Source of the DNA: Spirochaetaceae bacterium
Lineage (GTDB): Bacteria; Spirochaetota; Spirochaetia; DSM-2461
Assembly (NCBI GenBank): GCA_051531975.1
Contig: JAOPTT010000013.1
Span: 162,530-226,529 of the forward strand
Direction: 5' to 3'
Length of the DNA: 64,000 nucleotides
Part shown: one piece after another, positions 40,006 through 51,722 of the stretch
Numbering within the stretch: position 1 is the first letter of the stretch
Layout: each line of letters begins with the position of its first letter
Program-made: the position numbers and the translations under genes
Notes under the pieces: generated by a model
What the model saw: only the letters and a program-made list of their open reading frames with translations
What the model was told of the DNA's origin: nothing
Database searches by the model: none

Positions 40006-40037
40006 GATAGTAACACTTATTATTAGGAGGCTCAGTT

Positions 40038-40355
40038 ATGGGCGAAGTACAACACTTAGATAAAGATAACTTTAAAAAAGAAATAAGCAGTGGAGTTGTT
40101 TTATTAGACTTCTGGGCACCTTGGTGTGGTCCATGTAGAGCTATAGCTCCAACACTAGAAAAATTAGCAGTAGAATTTGATGATAAAGCATTGATAGCAA
40201 AAGTAAATACAGATGATTTCCCTGAGTTAGCTCAAGAATTTGAAGTAATGGGAATTCCTGCTCTTTTTGTATTAAAAGATGGAGAGATCGTAGAAAGATT
40301 TACTGGTGTTCAACCAATAGATGTTTTAAAAGGCGCAGTTAGTAAGAACCTTTAA
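40038..40355 (+). CDS. trxA: Thioredoxin
   Basis: DFWAPWCGPC; GIP. Confidence 0.97.
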   Translation: MGEVQHLDKDNFKKEISSGVVLLDFWAPWCGPCRAIAPTLEKLAVEFDDKALIAKVNTDDFPELAQEFEVMGIPALFVLKDGEIVERFTGVQPIDVLKGAVSKNL

Positions 40356-40773
40356 TATTTCGACGCTCTTTTTTGAGGCTAAGACGTTTTTTAGCCTCAA
40401 CTCTTCTTTTCTGAGAAGATCTGGTTGGTTTAGTAGGTTTTCGTCTTTTTTTTACTAATAAAGACTTCTCTATTAATAATACAGTTTTATATATTAATTT
40501 GGATCTGTTTTTTGACTGACTTCTCTCTTCTTCACATGATATTATAAGATGACCTTTATTGTTGATTCTATTAGAAAGTCCGACTTTTATTCTGTCTAAT
40601 TCCCTCTCTGTTAAGAAATTAAGGCTGTTTATATCTAAATGAAGAGTAACCTTAGTATTTACCTTGTTTACATTTTGACCTCCAGCACCGCTGGATCTTG
40701 AGAAAGTAAAATTACCATTGTCTTCTAACCATTGTTTCATTATAATTGTATACATAGGGGCATTGTAGATCAT
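40339..40773 (-). CDS. arfB: Ribosome rescue peptidyl-tRNA hydrolase ArfB (YaeJ)
   Basis: RSSGAGGQNVNKV, RSQSKNR, basic tail RKPTKPT; true start may be 40755 or 40740. Confidence 0.93.
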   Translation of the reverse strand: MIYNAPMYTIIMKQWLEDNGNFTFSRSSGAGGQNVNKVNTKVTLHLDINSLNFLTERELDRIKVGLSNRINNKGHLIISCEEERSQSKNRSKLIYKTVLLIEKSLLVKKRRKPTKPTRSSQKRRVEAKKRLSLKKERRNIKGSY

Positions 40774-40862
40774 CTCTTTGTAAAAATCACTCTATCTATT
40801 GATTTTTTGTACCTCATAGAGTTAAAATCCCTATCGTTACTAATATATAGAAGGGGAATGTT

Positions 40863-41186
40863 ATGAAAAGTACTGATATGGCAAGAAAAGATCGAGATCT
40901 TAGAAAGTCTAGAAAAAAAGAAGAAGTGCTAGCAAGAAAAATGGAGAAAGGGTCAAAAACTGTTGGCGATTATATCAACGAACTAAATGACTTGTTTTTT
41001 CATGACGGAACCAAAATTTACAATATTGATCAGAGCGATGAAATTCTTGAACTTTTAGAAGAGTTAAAGATTGATCTAGAAGAGAAAAACTGGTTAAACG
41101 TCTTAAAAAAAGCTGTTAAGAAAAGTGGTGTTAAAGAGAAAGATAGCGCAATTCAGCAGTTGAAAGAGATGGGTGATATAGAGTAA
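40863..41186 (+). CDS. Hypothetical small charged protein
   Basis: 107-aa ORF with purine-rich SD; basic N-terminus. Confidence 0.7.
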   Translation: MKSTDMARKDRDLRKSRKKEEVLARKMEKGSKTVGDYINELNDLFFHDGTKIYNIDQSDEILELLEELKIDLEEKNWLNVLKKAVKKSGVKEKDSAIQQLKEMGDIE

Positions 41187-41192
41187 ATATTT

Positions 41193-42158
41193 ATGAAAAT
41201 AGGAATAATTGGTACTGGAAAAATTGCAGGAACACTGGCGATTGCTATAAACAGTGTAGAGGGTGTAGAACTATTTGCTGTCTCTTCTAGGATTTTAAGT
41301 AAGTCTAGGGCATTCGCAGAAAAATATAATGCAACACTGTGGTATGAAGGTACTAAGGAATTCTATGAGAATAAAGAGATAGATTTAGTTTACATAGCAA
41401 CTCCGAATTCAAGACATTTAGAAGATACAAAAGAAGCTTTAAACAATAACAAAGCCGTTTTATGTGAAAAACCTTTTGCTCTGAATAAAAATGAAGCTCT
41501 AGAGATGATTAAATTAGCTAAAGATAAAAATCTACTTTTAGTAGAAGCTATGTGGACTAAATACTTTCCTGGGATTCATAAGGTTAAAGAAGTATTAGAA
41601 AGTGGAGCTCTAGGTGATATTGTTTCAATTCATGGGGACTTAAGTTATCTATTAGATAAAGATATAAAAAGACTATATGAAAAAAAAATGGGTGGTGGTG
41701 CTCTATTAGATTTAGGAGTTTACCCAATTTCTTTAACTCACTATTTTTTAGGTTATCCAGATAAAATTCAGTCTTCAGGACACTTTTCAAATTCTGGCAT
41801 AGATTTAACCACTTCCATAATTTTTAATTATAAAAATGGTGCTACAGCACTATTATCATGTTCTATTATTGCATCTTCCACTAGTGAATTTATTATATCG
41901 TGTACAAATGGATGGATTCGTATAAATGGAAGTTTTCATCATCCTACTTCAATTAGCTGTTTTGTAAATGGAAAAGGTGAGGAACATCAAGAATTCCCTC
42001 GAACAGGATATGGTTACGAGTATCAGATTCAAGGACTATGTGATGATTTCAACAAAGGTTTAAAAGAGAGTTCAACAGTTAAACTCCAGGATACTGTAGA
42101 AATTATGCAGATAATGGATACCATCAGAGATCAGATAGGATTGGATTTTAATGAATAA
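41193..42158 (+). CDS. Gfo/Idh/MocA family oxidoreductase
   Basis: GIIGTGKIA, YIATP, LCEKP, GGGALLDLGVY. Confidence 0.92.
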   Translation: MKIGIIGTGKIAGTLAIAINSVEGVELFAVSSRILSKSRAFAEKYNATLWYEGTKEFYENKEIDLVYIATPNSRHLEDTKEALNNNKAVLCEKPFALNKNEALEMIKLAKDKNLLLVEAMWTKYFPGIHKVKEVLESGALGDIVSIHGDLSYLLDKDIKRLYEKKMGGGALLDLGVYPISLTHYFLGYPDKIQSSGHFSNSGIDLTTSIIFNYKNGATALLSCSIIASSTSEFIISCTNGWIRINGSFHHPTSISCFVNGKGEEHQEFPRTGYGYEYQIQGLCDDFNKGLKESSTVKLQDTVEIMQIMDTIRDQIGLDFNE

Positions 42159-42885
42159 TATTGGTGAACAGCTTTTAAAAAGAGGAAATTTTCCTAAAGA
42201 GAGTAAATTAAAAGATTACCTAGGTCAAATTAAAAGTGGTAATTTAAAAATGTCTTTGTCTTCTTTTGAAGAGATTTATAACATGACTCCAAAAGGTATA
42301 CCTTTTCCCATTGGTTGTATTAACTTTGATGATAGAAAAAATAGGTTTGTAATATCCTGGGTTGAAGATTTCTCAAAAATTAACTTAAAAGAGATTGAAG
42401 AGTATACAATTAAAATTCGTAATTATCCTACAGAAAAATATCCTGTTTTATCACTTCTTATTGGTATTCATAATGGAAAAATAGATCCGGATACAAAAGA
42501 GGATTTATGGTATTATACAGAGACTCATTTAGATCTTTCTATGCAGCTTACAAGAATAAAATTGTATCAGTTATTAAATTCCGAGGAAGTTCTTTTTTGT
42601 CTATTTGATGTTGAGGCAGAAAATTTAGACTCTTTTGGTTTCTCTTTAAATAAAAAAGAACTTAAAATGATGATGGATGAGATAAAATCATCACTTGCAA
42701 TATTAGAAAAAATGAATTTATTAACCCATATCCGAGATTTTTCAGAAGCCTCTAGTATTGTATCAAAAAGTTTTTTAGCTAATGGTCTTCCAAAAACTAA
42801 AGAGGCATTAAATATATATTTAAAAAGAAAAGAGTTAGAGCCAAAACCTAACAAACATAACTGGGATCAGTATTTAACTATCTAA
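42151..42885 (+). CDS. Hypothetical protein
   Basis: 244-aa ORF overlapping the upstream stop; no motif recognised. Confidence 0.7.
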   Translation: MNNIGEQLLKRGNFPKESKLKDYLGQIKSGNLKMSLSSFEEIYNMTPKGIPFPIGCINFDDRKNRFVISWVEDFSKINLKEIEEYTIKIRNYPTEKYPVLSLLIGIHNGKIDPDTKEDLWYYTETHLDLSMQLTRIKLYQLLNSEEVLFCLFDVEAENLDSFGFSLNKKELKMMMDEIKSSLAILEKMNLLTHIRDFSEASSIVSKSFLANGLPKTKEALNIYLKRKELEPKPNKHNWDQYLTI

Positions 42886-44083
42886 ATAGTTCATTTACCC
42901 ATTCTGGAGGGGCGCTGGACTCAAGTTCAGAGCTTTTATATAAAATACCCTGTTCTGAACGTCTATTATTTTCAAATATTCCCTCGAACCTATTTCCATT
43001 TTCCCATATGTAGCATCCTCGGCCATGCATCTTTCCACCTTGGAACTCCCCAACATAGAAGTCACCATTTTCCCACTTACATGCACCTGGACCTTCTAAT
43101 ACATTATTTACAAATGTACCTTCATAAACTTTTCCATTTATATATGTAAGCTTTCCTTTGCCTTCCATAATATTATTCTTAAAAGATCCTTTATATCGTG
43201 TCCCAGTATTAAAGATAAAATCTCCGGTACCATGCATATCATCATCTACTACTTCACCTTTGTAGATTCCGTTATCAAACTCTAATTCTTGATAATTTTC
43301 TGGATGTTCTTTCTTTATTTCTTTTGGCTGGAAATCTTCTTTTTTAGTAGGGATGTCGTAAAATTTAAAATCTCTGTATTGAACTTCTGCAGCCATTTTT
43401 TTCTTGTTATGGGCATCTAAGGTATATTTCACTCTTTTAAGCCAGTTATTCTTATAAATTGTAGGGTACTCAAATCTAAAATGGGAAACAATTAAATTAG
43501 ATGCTGAAAAAATAATTTCTTCAGATATATAGCCGTGACTTTCCCTTTTGTACTCTATTTTTCTACCTAAAATTTCATCACCAGAATAATGAGCTACTTC
43601 AATTAAAAGTCCACCTTCATATACATATTTAATTATCTGATTTATATGTTGATCAGAGTGCCACCTTTCTTCTATAAGCAGATCGTCTTGATATATATAT
43701 TCATAAGTAATAGATTTTGATTTTTTTTCTATTAGTTGATTAAAAGAATTATAACGATATGTTTCTGTATCATCTATATGCCCATGTTCATTTACCCTTG
43801 TTTTTTTAACTAATAGAGAATTTTCATAAAAATGATCTTGTTTGTATAATGGAGTTTTATCTAATTTAGCAACATGTAGGCAGATCATTTCGCCATCATA
43901 ATAAACATGATTTTCGATTTTATCATGGTAATTTATGACTTGTAGTTCACCTGCTGTGGAGTAATTAGCTTCTAATATAAAGCTTTTTTTACCCTCTTTA
44001 TCAGAGAAAGTTCCCTTTTGAATTTGTGCTCTTTCAACAATTATTTTCTGAACATTCCCAGAAAAGCTAAGTAAATCATCCAT
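42878..44083 (-). CDS. MORN-repeat protein with N-terminal YD-like beta repeats
   Basis: About 5 C-terminal repeats YxGxFxxxxxxGxG; N-terminal YxY(N/E)xxG-like repeats. Confidence 0.8.
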   Translation of the reverse strand: MDDLLSFSGNVQKIIVERAQIQKGTFSDKEGKKSFILEANYSTAGELQVINYHDKIENHVYYDGEMICLHVAKLDKTPLYKQDHFYENSLLVKKTRVNEHGHIDDTETYRYNSFNQLIEKKSKSITYEYIYQDDLLIEERWHSDQHINQIIKYVYEGGLLIEVAHYSGDEILGRKIEYKRESHGYISEEIIFSASNLIVSHFRFEYPTIYKNNWLKRVKYTLDAHNKKKMAAEVQYRDFKFYDIPTKKEDFQPKEIKKEHPENYQELEFDNGIYKGEVVDDDMHGTGDFIFNTGTRYKGSFKNNIMEGKGKLTYINGKVYEGTFVNNVLEGPGACKWENGDFYVGEFQGGKMHGRGCYIWENGNRFEGIFENNRRSEQGILYKSSELESSAPPEWVNELFR

Positions 44084-44145
44084 AAAGTCATTATATAAAA
44101 AAAATCAATTACTGCAATCAAAATATTGTACTATAATTAAAACTG

Positions 44146-45093
44146 ATGAGCGAAAAGTGTAACAAACTAAGAATGCCAACTATTGTTCTTCCATTTATGC
44201 CTTCTAGTGGCTCCGAAGAAGAAAAAGATCTCTTTATATATCTAAGACCAGAAACTAATGGTGTGAAGGTAGAGAGTCTGATGTTTGGAGTAATACATAA
44301 TGACCCTTTATACAGGGACGGAATTTCATTAGCTTATCTTGGTAATCTACCTGGCGATTTTGTTTCTAGACAAAATATTATTCAAAGACATTATGCTTTA
44401 AAGTGTGAAGTTGTGGACAAAGGACGTTCTTGTTTTACAAAGTTTATGATAAAGCAGTTTGAGAAATACTTTTGCGTAAAATGGGATGAGGTTAAAGTTG
44501 TTTCATCATTTAAGGCGTTAGAAATTCTAAATATTAAAAGCGATGAATTATTTAATTTGTGGGTTAAGGATAGTGACTTCTTTTACATACATGGACAGAG
44601 TATTAAAAAGGTTGGTGACCTCTATATAATTAATCATGATATACCTGAATTATTACATAAAAATAACAGTGAAACTGATATTGCAGTAATGGTTTTACGA
44701 ACAAAGTTAAGTAATAAAGACCTTACAACTCTTATAACTAAAATGGAGATAGCTTTAAAAGAGGGTGGAGCAATATCATCTAAAACACCTCCAAGCAGAT
44801 GTTTCCATTATAGTAGAAGTCCATTAGATGAAATATTAGATGGATTAGGATACTTATATAACTCAAAAGGGGAAGCTTTACCTGTAGAATCTATATCTTT
44901 TGTCTCTTATTTATTAAAACGTGGTATTTCGTTAGAATGTATCATGACATTGGTTAATTCTCCTATCGGATTTATAGAAGAAGGGGCTATTGAAAAAGAA
45001 GTATATTTATACGATTATTTAATAGGTGATTCATATAATGAAGCCTATAAAAAGATTATAAAAATAGAGATGGTGAAAGAGGCAATGGCATGA
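44146..45093 (+). CDS. Hypothetical protein, possibly divergent nucleoside-diphosphate-kinase fold
   Basis: FIYLRPE (~LIKPD), IIQRHY (~HY), CFHYSRSP (~HGSDS). Confidence 0.5.
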   Translation: MSEKCNKLRMPTIVLPFMPSSGSEEEKDLFIYLRPETNGVKVESLMFGVIHNDPLYRDGISLAYLGNLPGDFVSRQNIIQRHYALKCEVVDKGRSCFTKFMIKQFEKYFCVKWDEVKVVSSFKALEILNIKSDELFNLWVKDSDFFYIHGQSIKKVGDLYIINHDIPELLHKNNSETDIAVMVLRTKLSNKDLTTLITKMEIALKEGGAISSKTPPSRCFHYSRSPLDEILDGLGYLYNSKGEALPVESISFVSYLLKRGISLECIMTLVNSPIGFIEEGAIEKEVYLYDYLIGDSYNEAYKKIIKIEMVKEAMA

Positions 45094-46328
45094 AGAAAAT
45101 TTTAATTATTGATGAAGCAGAAGCTTTTAGAAACTTAGCTAAAAAATTATGTGATCAGAATAATTTAGAACCTATTCTTGCTATAAATGGTTTAGATGGA
45201 AACAGTAAAATGCTTAGCGTTGTTCCTGATTTAATCATAATGGATAAAGATCTTACTAGAATGGAAAGCCTCGTTATATTAGCAACAAAAAAGAGAAATC
45301 CAAATACATCAAATATTCCTGTTATTTTTGTATCCAAAGATGACCCTGATAAAAATTTCTTAATTAAAGTTATTCCTATGGGAGTTAAAAAGTTTTTAAA
45401 AAAACCAATGGGTAGGGAAGTTTTATTAGCTGCTATTTCTGAAATATTACATATTAATACCGATGTAGATAAAACTCCCTGTATTTTAGAAGTTCGATTA
45501 AATGAAAACATTGTATTTGTAGAAGTTGCAATGGGTCTAAATAGTAACCGATTAGAAGTTGTTAAGTATAGAATTGCTGAGTTAATTAAACTACATAAAG
45601 TTAAAAACCCTCTAGTCCTTGTTATGTTAACAGATATTATGTTTGGAATACCAGATAGGCAAAAGCTTACAAGTTTAATACATTTTTGCATGGAAGGTGC
45701 CAATATAAATGATACAAAAATTAGGGTTTTAACCCCATCTAAAATAATCAAGAAATATCTTAATGGTCACATGGAATTATGTGATATTTTGGTAGAAAAT
45801 AGTTTGGATAAAGTTATGCATGGATTTGTGCAAAAGACAAAAAATGATCTACTTTTTTCACAAAATGAATCCCATGAAGATGAAGCTATAAATGCTAGTT
45901 ATAGATCTATAGATCAATCTAATTCAATTGATTTAGATGCGTATAATAATGAGGCTAATAAGAAGTTTAAAATTGCGGTTGTAGATGATGATAAAGTTGT
46001 TCATGCAATAATAAAATCTGTATTTAAACCATTTGATTGGGAATTGTGTTATTACATGAGTGGTTCTGAGTTTCTGCAAGAGCCTCAGATAAATGAGTTT
46101 GACTTAGTGATTCTAGACCTTCTCATGCCAGAGGTTGATGGTTTTGAAGTAATTGAGAGTGTAGATAAATCATTGTTCCCAAAAATTGTAGTATTAACAT
46201 CATCTACCCAGAGAAATGATGTTATGAAGGTTTTATCTTTTGGTATTAAAAACTATTCGGTAAAACCAATTAATGGTGAGAGTATTAAGGCAAAAGCTCT
46301 AGAGATCCTAAAAGGTCAGAGGATATAG
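45090..46328 (+). CDS. Double-receiver response regulator without DNA-binding domain
   Basis: N-terminal REC (IIDE, IIMD, KP) and C-terminal REC (VVDDD, LDLLMP, KP). Confidence 0.85.
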   Translation: MKKILIIDEAEAFRNLAKKLCDQNNLEPILAINGLDGNSKMLSVVPDLIIMDKDLTRMESLVILATKKRNPNTSNIPVIFVSKDDPDKNFLIKVIPMGVKKFLKKPMGREVLLAAISEILHINTDVDKTPCILEVRLNENIVFVEVAMGLNSNRLEVVKYRIAELIKLHKVKNPLVLVMLTDIMFGIPDRQKLTSLIHFCMEGANINDTKIRVLTPSKIIKKYLNGHMELCDILVENSLDKVMHGFVQKTKNDLLFSQNESHEDEAINASYRSIDQSNSIDLDAYNNEANKKFKIAVVDDDKVVHAIIKSVFKPFDWELCYYMSGSEFLQEPQINEFDLVILDLLMPEVDGFEVIESVDKSLFPKIVVLTSSTQRNDVMKVLSFGIKNYSVKPINGESIKAKALEILKGQRI

Positions 46329-46348
46329 TTATCAAATTTAATTATTCA

Positions 46349-48766
46349 ATGGAGTTATTTAATAGCAGCTCAACAGGCCAATTTATACTGGATAATCGTG
46401 GCACTGTTTTAAGAGCAAATAGTTCTTTTAATTCAATGATTAAACAGAGTGATATTAAGGCTGTTGTAGGTACAAAATTAGTTGATATTATAAATTCTGA
46501 TGATAGAGATAAATGGTTAAATACCTTTAAATCTTTTTATACAGAAGGTAATACTAATAGCAGTATTAATATTAGATATAACTCTGAAGATGATATTAGT
46601 TGGTGGAAGTTATCCTTAGATAAAGTCACGATAGGCAATAAAAGTTTAATACTATGTGTCGCTGTAGATATTAAAGAAGAAATAGAGTCTCAGGGAGACT
46701 TATTAGAAGCTAAAAAAGCGGCGGAAAAGTCAGAAGCATCAAAAAGTATATTTCTAGCAAATATGAGCCATGAAATTAGAACTCCTATACATACTGTTAC
46801 AGGTCTAGCTGAACTTTTAGGTGACACAGAATTAGATGGAGAGCAGTCTGAATATGTGTCGCAAATCGACTTTGCTGCAAAAGTTCTATTAACATTAATT
46901 AATGATATTTTAGACTTTTCCAAAATAGAGGCTGGAAAATTAACATTCGAGAATATTGAGTATAATTTATATGAAACCATTATAAATTCTGTTGACTTAT
47001 CAGCATTAGAGGCACATCGGAAAGGTGTAGATGTTGCTATTTCAATGGATGCTGATATGCCTACAAATATTATTGGTGATCAGGTTAGATTAAGACAAGT
47101 CATTGTTAATTTAATGAGTAATGCAGTAAAGTTTACAAAACAGGGTGAAATTATTTTAGATATATCAACTAAAATAGTGGATAAAGATAATGTTGTATTA
47201 CGGATCTCAGTTACGGATTCAGGAATAGGAATATCTAAAGATAAACAATCAAGACTTTTTAAAGCATTTTCTCAAGCAGATGCTTCAACTACAAGGCAAT
47301 TTGGTGGTACAGGCCTTGGACTCTCTATTTCATCTAGTTTAGTTCAGATGATGGGTGGAACTATGGCTGTAGAGAGTGAAGATGGAGAAGGTTCGTCATT
47401 CTTTTTTGAGATACCTGTAAAAACAGGTATAGAACTTCCTAAACGTTACAAAAAACCACCAATTGCAGAGTTAAAAGTATTAGTTGTAGACGATAATATA
47501 AAAGTAAATAAAATCTTCTCTGATATTCTAAGATCTTGGAACTATAATGTAGTTGAAGTTTACTCAAGTCTTGATGCTTTAGATGAATTAAACAAAAAAG
47601 CAACAATAGGTGAACCCTACGATTTATGTTTTATAGATCAAATACTTCCAGGTATGGATGGTTGGCAGTTGGCAAGTGAAATCCACTCAAGTAGCCTTAT
47701 AAAAACAACTAAAACACTACTTATGTCTCTTAAAGGTAAAGGTATAGAAGAATCAAAAATGAAACTTTTAGGCTGGTTTCAAGGTTATTTAACAAAACCA
47801 GTTACAATAGAGGATCTGTATAAAGCTCTTGATGAACTATATTCTCGGACACAAGAGGTCAACTTGGGAGATAGTTTAGAAGATGATGAAATTGAAGAGC
47901 TAGAATCCTTAGGGGATGAGGATTTAGACGAAGAGTACATGGAGCCATTAAAGTTTTCTGATTCTATAATGGATGAGTTAGAGGAGTTGATCCCTCTAGA
48001 AGAAGATGCCTATGATATAAAAAAGAAGTTTTCGAAAAAACCAAAGAAAGTTGAAAATATTGTAAAGAACATTTTAGTTGTTGAAGATCATTTAGTTAAT
48101 CAGAAACTTTTTAGAATCATATTAGAGAAAGCAGGTCATAACGTATATGTCGCTGCCGATGGATTAGAAGCTCTTGAAATTGTTGAAAGTACAACATTAG
48201 ATCTAGTTTTTATGGATTGTCAAATGCCAGTAATGAATGGGTATGACTCTTCTGAATTAATGAGAGCTAAAGGTTATACTCTACCTATAGTTGCCGTTAC
48301 AGCTAGTGCTGTTAAAGGTGAATATGAAAAGTGTATAAATTCAGGGATGAGTGATGTAATGACGAAACCCTTTAAAAAGGAGGATGTTATGGCATCTTTA
48401 GAAAAATGGTTAGACCAAGGTAACAATCGCGATCGTAAAATGTTTGATTACGAGAATGCATTGGAAAGATTTATGGGTGAGAAAGAAATACTACTTGAGG
48501 TTCTTTTACCTTACATAGAAAATTTAGATAAATGTTTAAATGAACTAAAAACATTAGATGGAACTCAGTGTACAAGAATTAGAGAACTTGCCCATAGTAT
48601 AAAGGGTAGTAGTCTAAACCTAGATATCCTACCATTAGGAGAGGAAGCAGAATCTTTAGAAGATTTAGCATATAACAATGTTACTGCTGGTATGGATCAA
48701 AAAATTAGTAATTTATTAGAAATTGCAGCTCTGACTGAGTCAGAACTGCGAAAATATTTAGATTAG
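46349..48766 (+). CDS. Cytoplasmic hybrid histidine kinase PAS-HisKA-HATPase-REC-REC-Hpt
   Basis: [34 protein letters not shown], two REC domains, AHSIKGSS. Confidence 0.95.
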   Translation: MELFNSSSTGQFILDNRGTVLRANSSFNSMIKQSDIKAVVGTKLVDIINSDDRDKWLNTFKSFYTEGNTNSSINIRYNSEDDISWWKLSLDKVTIGNKSLILCVAVDIKEEIESQGDLLEAKKAAEKSEASKSIFLANMSHEIRTPIHTVTGLAELLGDTELDGEQSEYVSQIDFAAKVLLTLINDILDFSKIEAGKLTFENIEYNLYETIINSVDLSALEAHRKGVDVAISMDADMPTNIIGDQVRLRQVIVNLMSNAVKFTKQGEIILDISTKIVDKDNVVLRISVTDSGIGISKDKQSRLFKAFSQADASTTRQFGGTGLGLSISSSLVQMMGGTMAVESEDGEGSSFFFEIPVKTGIELPKRYKKPPIAELKVLVVDDNIKVNKIFSDILRSWNYNVVEVYSSLDALDELNKKATIGEPYDLCFIDQILPGMDGWQLASEIHSSSLIKTTKTLLMSLKGKGIEESKMKLLGWFQGYLTKPVTIEDLYKALDELYSRTQEVNLGDSLEDDEIEELESLGDEDLDEEYMEPLKFSDSIMDELEELIPLEEDAYDIKKKFSKKPKKVENIVKNILVVEDHLVNQKLFRIILEKAGHNVYVAADGLEALEIVESTTLDLVFMDCQMPVMNGYDSSELMRAKGYTLPIVAVTASAVKGEYEKCINSGMSDVMTKPFKKEDVMASLEKWLDQGNNRDRKMFDYENALERFMGEKEILLEVLLPYIENLDKCLNELKTLDGTQCTRIRELAHSIKGSSLNLDILPLGEEAESLEDLAYNNVTAGMDQKISNLLEIAALTESELRKYLD

Positions 48767-50916
48767 GTTTTAAACTTATTTGTCTCTGTTGTAAGTAGAT
48801 CTGCATTAGCAGATACTTCTGCAGCTAGGTCATTAATACTTTTTACTGTACTGGTTATGTGGTTTGTACCATGTGTAATTCCAGACATACTCTCTTTTAC
48901 ATGGGTCGAAATATCAGCAGCAGCTCTTGTAGACTCAGTCACTAACGAAATAGTATCACTCATCTCTTCCGCGCTTTGTCTTACTTGAATGGATACATGG
49001 GATAACTCAGCATTAGCACTAATAATTAATGCTCCACCCTGGGTTAGTTCTTGTGTTGAAACATTAATATCCTCTAAAGCGGTTATTGTAGATTGAGTCC
49101 CTTCTCTTAATTTTTGAAAAGTATTTTCACTCTCTCGGGATATTTTATATGCAATATCTACTTTGTTCAGTATATTTGTTATAGTTTCTTGGATTTCACT
49201 TGAACTATCTTGAGCGACCTCAGCAAGTTTTCTTATTTCATCAGCTACTACAGCAAAACCTTTACCTGCATCTCCTGCATGGGCAGCTTCTATTGCTGCA
49301 TTCATTGATAATAAGTTGGTTTGGGATGCGATACTACTTATTACTTCTGACATGTCTGAAACTTTTCCAGCTAGTTCTACAACCTCTTCGTTAGCCGCCG
49401 TAGCATCTGAAATCTGCTTACCACTTTCATTTATTACGTGGGTTAACTTCTCAGCTTCACTTTTTTTCTCATTTATTATTTTAGCTACTGATTCAAGTTG
49501 TGCAACCATCTCTTCTATAGATGAACTAGCTTCATCTACTGCTTTAGTTTGTGTATTTGTATTTTCAAAAAGACTGGTAACAGATGCCGCAATTTGATCC
49601 ATAGCAGAAGATACTGATTGTAGTTGACCATTTAAGTCTTCTATTTGTCCATTTACTGTTACTACATTTGTACTTATCTCAGTAGATGCTTCAGCTGTCT
49701 CTTTTGTTACTGAAGTAACATTATTTTGTTTCTCATCTATTGAGCTAGTTGCATCTTTAACTGTTACCATCATTAAACGGATTTTTTCTGTAAAGCTATT
49801 AAAGTTTCTTGCCAATAACCCTAATTCATCATTCGTTTTTCTATCAACTCTTACTGTTAAATCACCTTCTCCATGGGATATGTCATAAAATTTATCCGAT
49901 AGATCTTCCATAGGTTTGAAAATAAATATTTTGGATATAATAAATCCAAATATAAGTACTGAAATAAATACTATTGTGGATATTAGAAACAGATAAAATG
50001 TTGTTGATAAGTTTTTGGCTAATAATTCACGTTTTGTAAATGCAGCAGCAATTAACCAGGGAGTTCCATCAACTTTAAAAAGAGAAACAACTCTATGAGC
50101 ATCAAACTTTTCAGGTTTTCCAGATGTAGAAACTCTGCTAAACATCTCAAGGAAGTCTTTTTGCATTGCTTCTGTATATCCTAGAGGCTCAAAAAGGTCT
50201 GAAACAAATACATTGTCTTCAAAACTTGTTGATTGATTATATAAAACTTGCTGGTTTTCACCATTAAATAGAGTTATAGATAGTTCAGGATGTAATTTTT
50301 GTACATTATCTATCTCATCGGTTACACCTTGGATTGACATATCCATTGCAATTACACCTTCGAATTTACCATTTTCCATAATTGGGTAAGACATTGTTGT
50401 TGTTAATTTATTACCTACAGCAGCATCTGCGGTTATATATGGTTCTGTTATAAATATATCTTTTAATTCTTGGGCTCCTTTATACCAACCCCTCTGCCTT
50501 GCATCATAATCAGGTGGTATATTTGCCCAATTTTGAGACACAAGTATAGGACTGTTTTTTGAAGTGAAATAAATGATATCTATTAAATTATTATTTTTTG
50601 TTAATTCTTTTAAATTTTTGACAGCACTATTGTAATCTGGTAATAAATTTAACTCTTCTTCAATATGATCTTGAGGCATTATCATCATCATATTTTTGAA
50701 GCTTTCGATGTTACTACCAATTTTTAATATTGTAGCAAAATGATTTAGGGTTGCTTTTATGTCGCTAGATGCAGCATGAAGAACTGCAACTTGGGTTTTT
50801 GATACATCATCAATTTTGTAAGATGCTATCTGCATAAAAGTAAAGATCATTACACCAATAAATATAATTAACGGTGCAATTAGGTTTGTAATAAATGATT
50901 TCTTCCATAGTTTCAT
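48763..50916 (-). CDS. Methyl-accepting chemotaxis protein with dCache domain
   Basis: 2 [11 protein letters not shown]...[40 protein letters not shown]. Confidence 0.95.
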   Translation of the reverse strand: MKLWKKSFITNLIAPLIIFIGVMIFTFMQIASYKIDDVSKTQVAVLHAASSDIKATLNHFATILKIGSNIESFKNMMMIMPQDHIEEELNLLPDYNSAVKNLKELTKNNNLIDIIYFTSKNSPILVSQNWANIPPDYDARQRGWYKGAQELKDIFITEPYITADAAVGNKLTTTMSYPIMENGKFEGVIAMDMSIQGVTDEIDNVQKLHPELSITLFNGENQQVLYNQSTSFEDNVFVSDLFEPLGYTEAMQKDFLEMFSRVSTSGKPEKFDAHRVVSLFKVDGTPWLIAAAFTKRELLAKNLSTTFYLFLISTIVFISVLIFGFIISKIFIFKPMEDLSDKFYDISHGEGDLTVRVDRKTNDELGLLARNFNSFTEKIRLMMVTVKDATSSIDEKQNNVTSVTKETAEASTEISTNVVTVNGQIEDLNGQLQSVSSAMDQIAASVTSLFENTNTQTKAVDEASSSIEEMVAQLESVAKIINEKKSEAEKLTHVINESGKQISDATAANEEVVELAGKVSDMSEVISSIASQTNLLSMNAAIEAAHAGDAGKGFAVVADEIRKLAEVAQDSSSEIQETITNILNKVDIAYKISRESENTFQKLREGTQSTITALEDINVSTQELTQGGALIISANAELSHVSIQVRQSAEEMSDTISLVTESTRAAADISTHVKESMSGITHGTNHITSTVKSINDLAAEVSANADLLTTETNKFKT

Positions 50917-50957
50917 GAATCAATTGTAATATACTTTCTTTTGAAATAAAATAATTT

Positions 50958-51722
50958 ATGATAAAAATTATAAGTTGGAATGTAAATGGAATAAGAGCCG
51001 CAGAAGGTAAAGGGCTGTATAAATGGATGAGAGAAGAACAACCTGATATCTTATGCCTACAGGAGACCAAGGCGTACCCAGAAGTTCTTACAAAAAAGTT
51101 TCTTGAACCAGTGGGTTATTATGGCTATTTTGCTAGTGCAGTAAAAAAAGGTTATAGCGGTGTTGTTACCTATTGTAAAACTGAACCCTTAAGAGTTGGT
51201 TTTTTAGGGATTGAGGAATTTGACTCTGAAGGTCGATACATTGAGACAGAGTTTGAAGATTTTATATTAATAAATACCTACTTCCCAAATAGTCAAAAAG
51301 AGGGGAAAAGATTAGATTATAAGTTACGATTTAACAATGCTGTATTAGAACGTATGAATCTATTAAAAGAGCAAAATAAAAGACTTATTTTATGTGGAGA
51401 TTATAATGTTGCACATAAAGAGATTGACTTAACAAACCCTAAAACAAATACAAAAAATCCAGGCTTCCTACCTGAAGAGCGTGCCTGGATGGATGATTTT
51501 GTAGCAGCTGGTTATATTGATATTTTTAGATTTTTTGATCCTAGTCCTGGGAACTATACATGGTGGTCTTATAGGTTTAGTGCCCGAGAGAGAAATATTG
51601 GTTGGCGTATCGATTATTTCACTATTACAGAAGATCTCTTAGACTATGCACAGAACTGTGAGATCTTAGATCAAGTAATGGGTAGTGATCACTGTCCTAT
51701 ATTGTTGGAGCTAGAATTATAA
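50958..51722 (+). CDS. xth: Exodeoxyribonuclease III
   Basis: SWNVNGIRA, LQETK, GDYNVAH, GWRIDY, SDHCP. Confidence 0.96.
   Translation: MIKIISWNVNGIRAAEGKGLYKWMREEQPDILCLQETKAYPEVLTKKFLEPVGYYGYFASAVKKGYSGVVTYCKTEPLRVGFLGIEEFDSEGRYIETEFEDFILINTYFPNSQKEGKRLDYKLRFNNAVLERMNLLKEQNKRLILCGDYNVAHKEIDLTNPKTNTKNPGFLPEERAWMDDFVAAGYIDIFRFFDPSPGNYTWWSYRFSARERNIGWRIDYFTITEDLLDYAQNCEILDQVMGSDHCPILLELEL

Noticed and set aside
40339..40355. Convergent trxA/arfB 3' overlap as a regulatory feature
   Set aside because: Short convergent overlaps are common in this compact window (also at 42878, 48763 and 52408).
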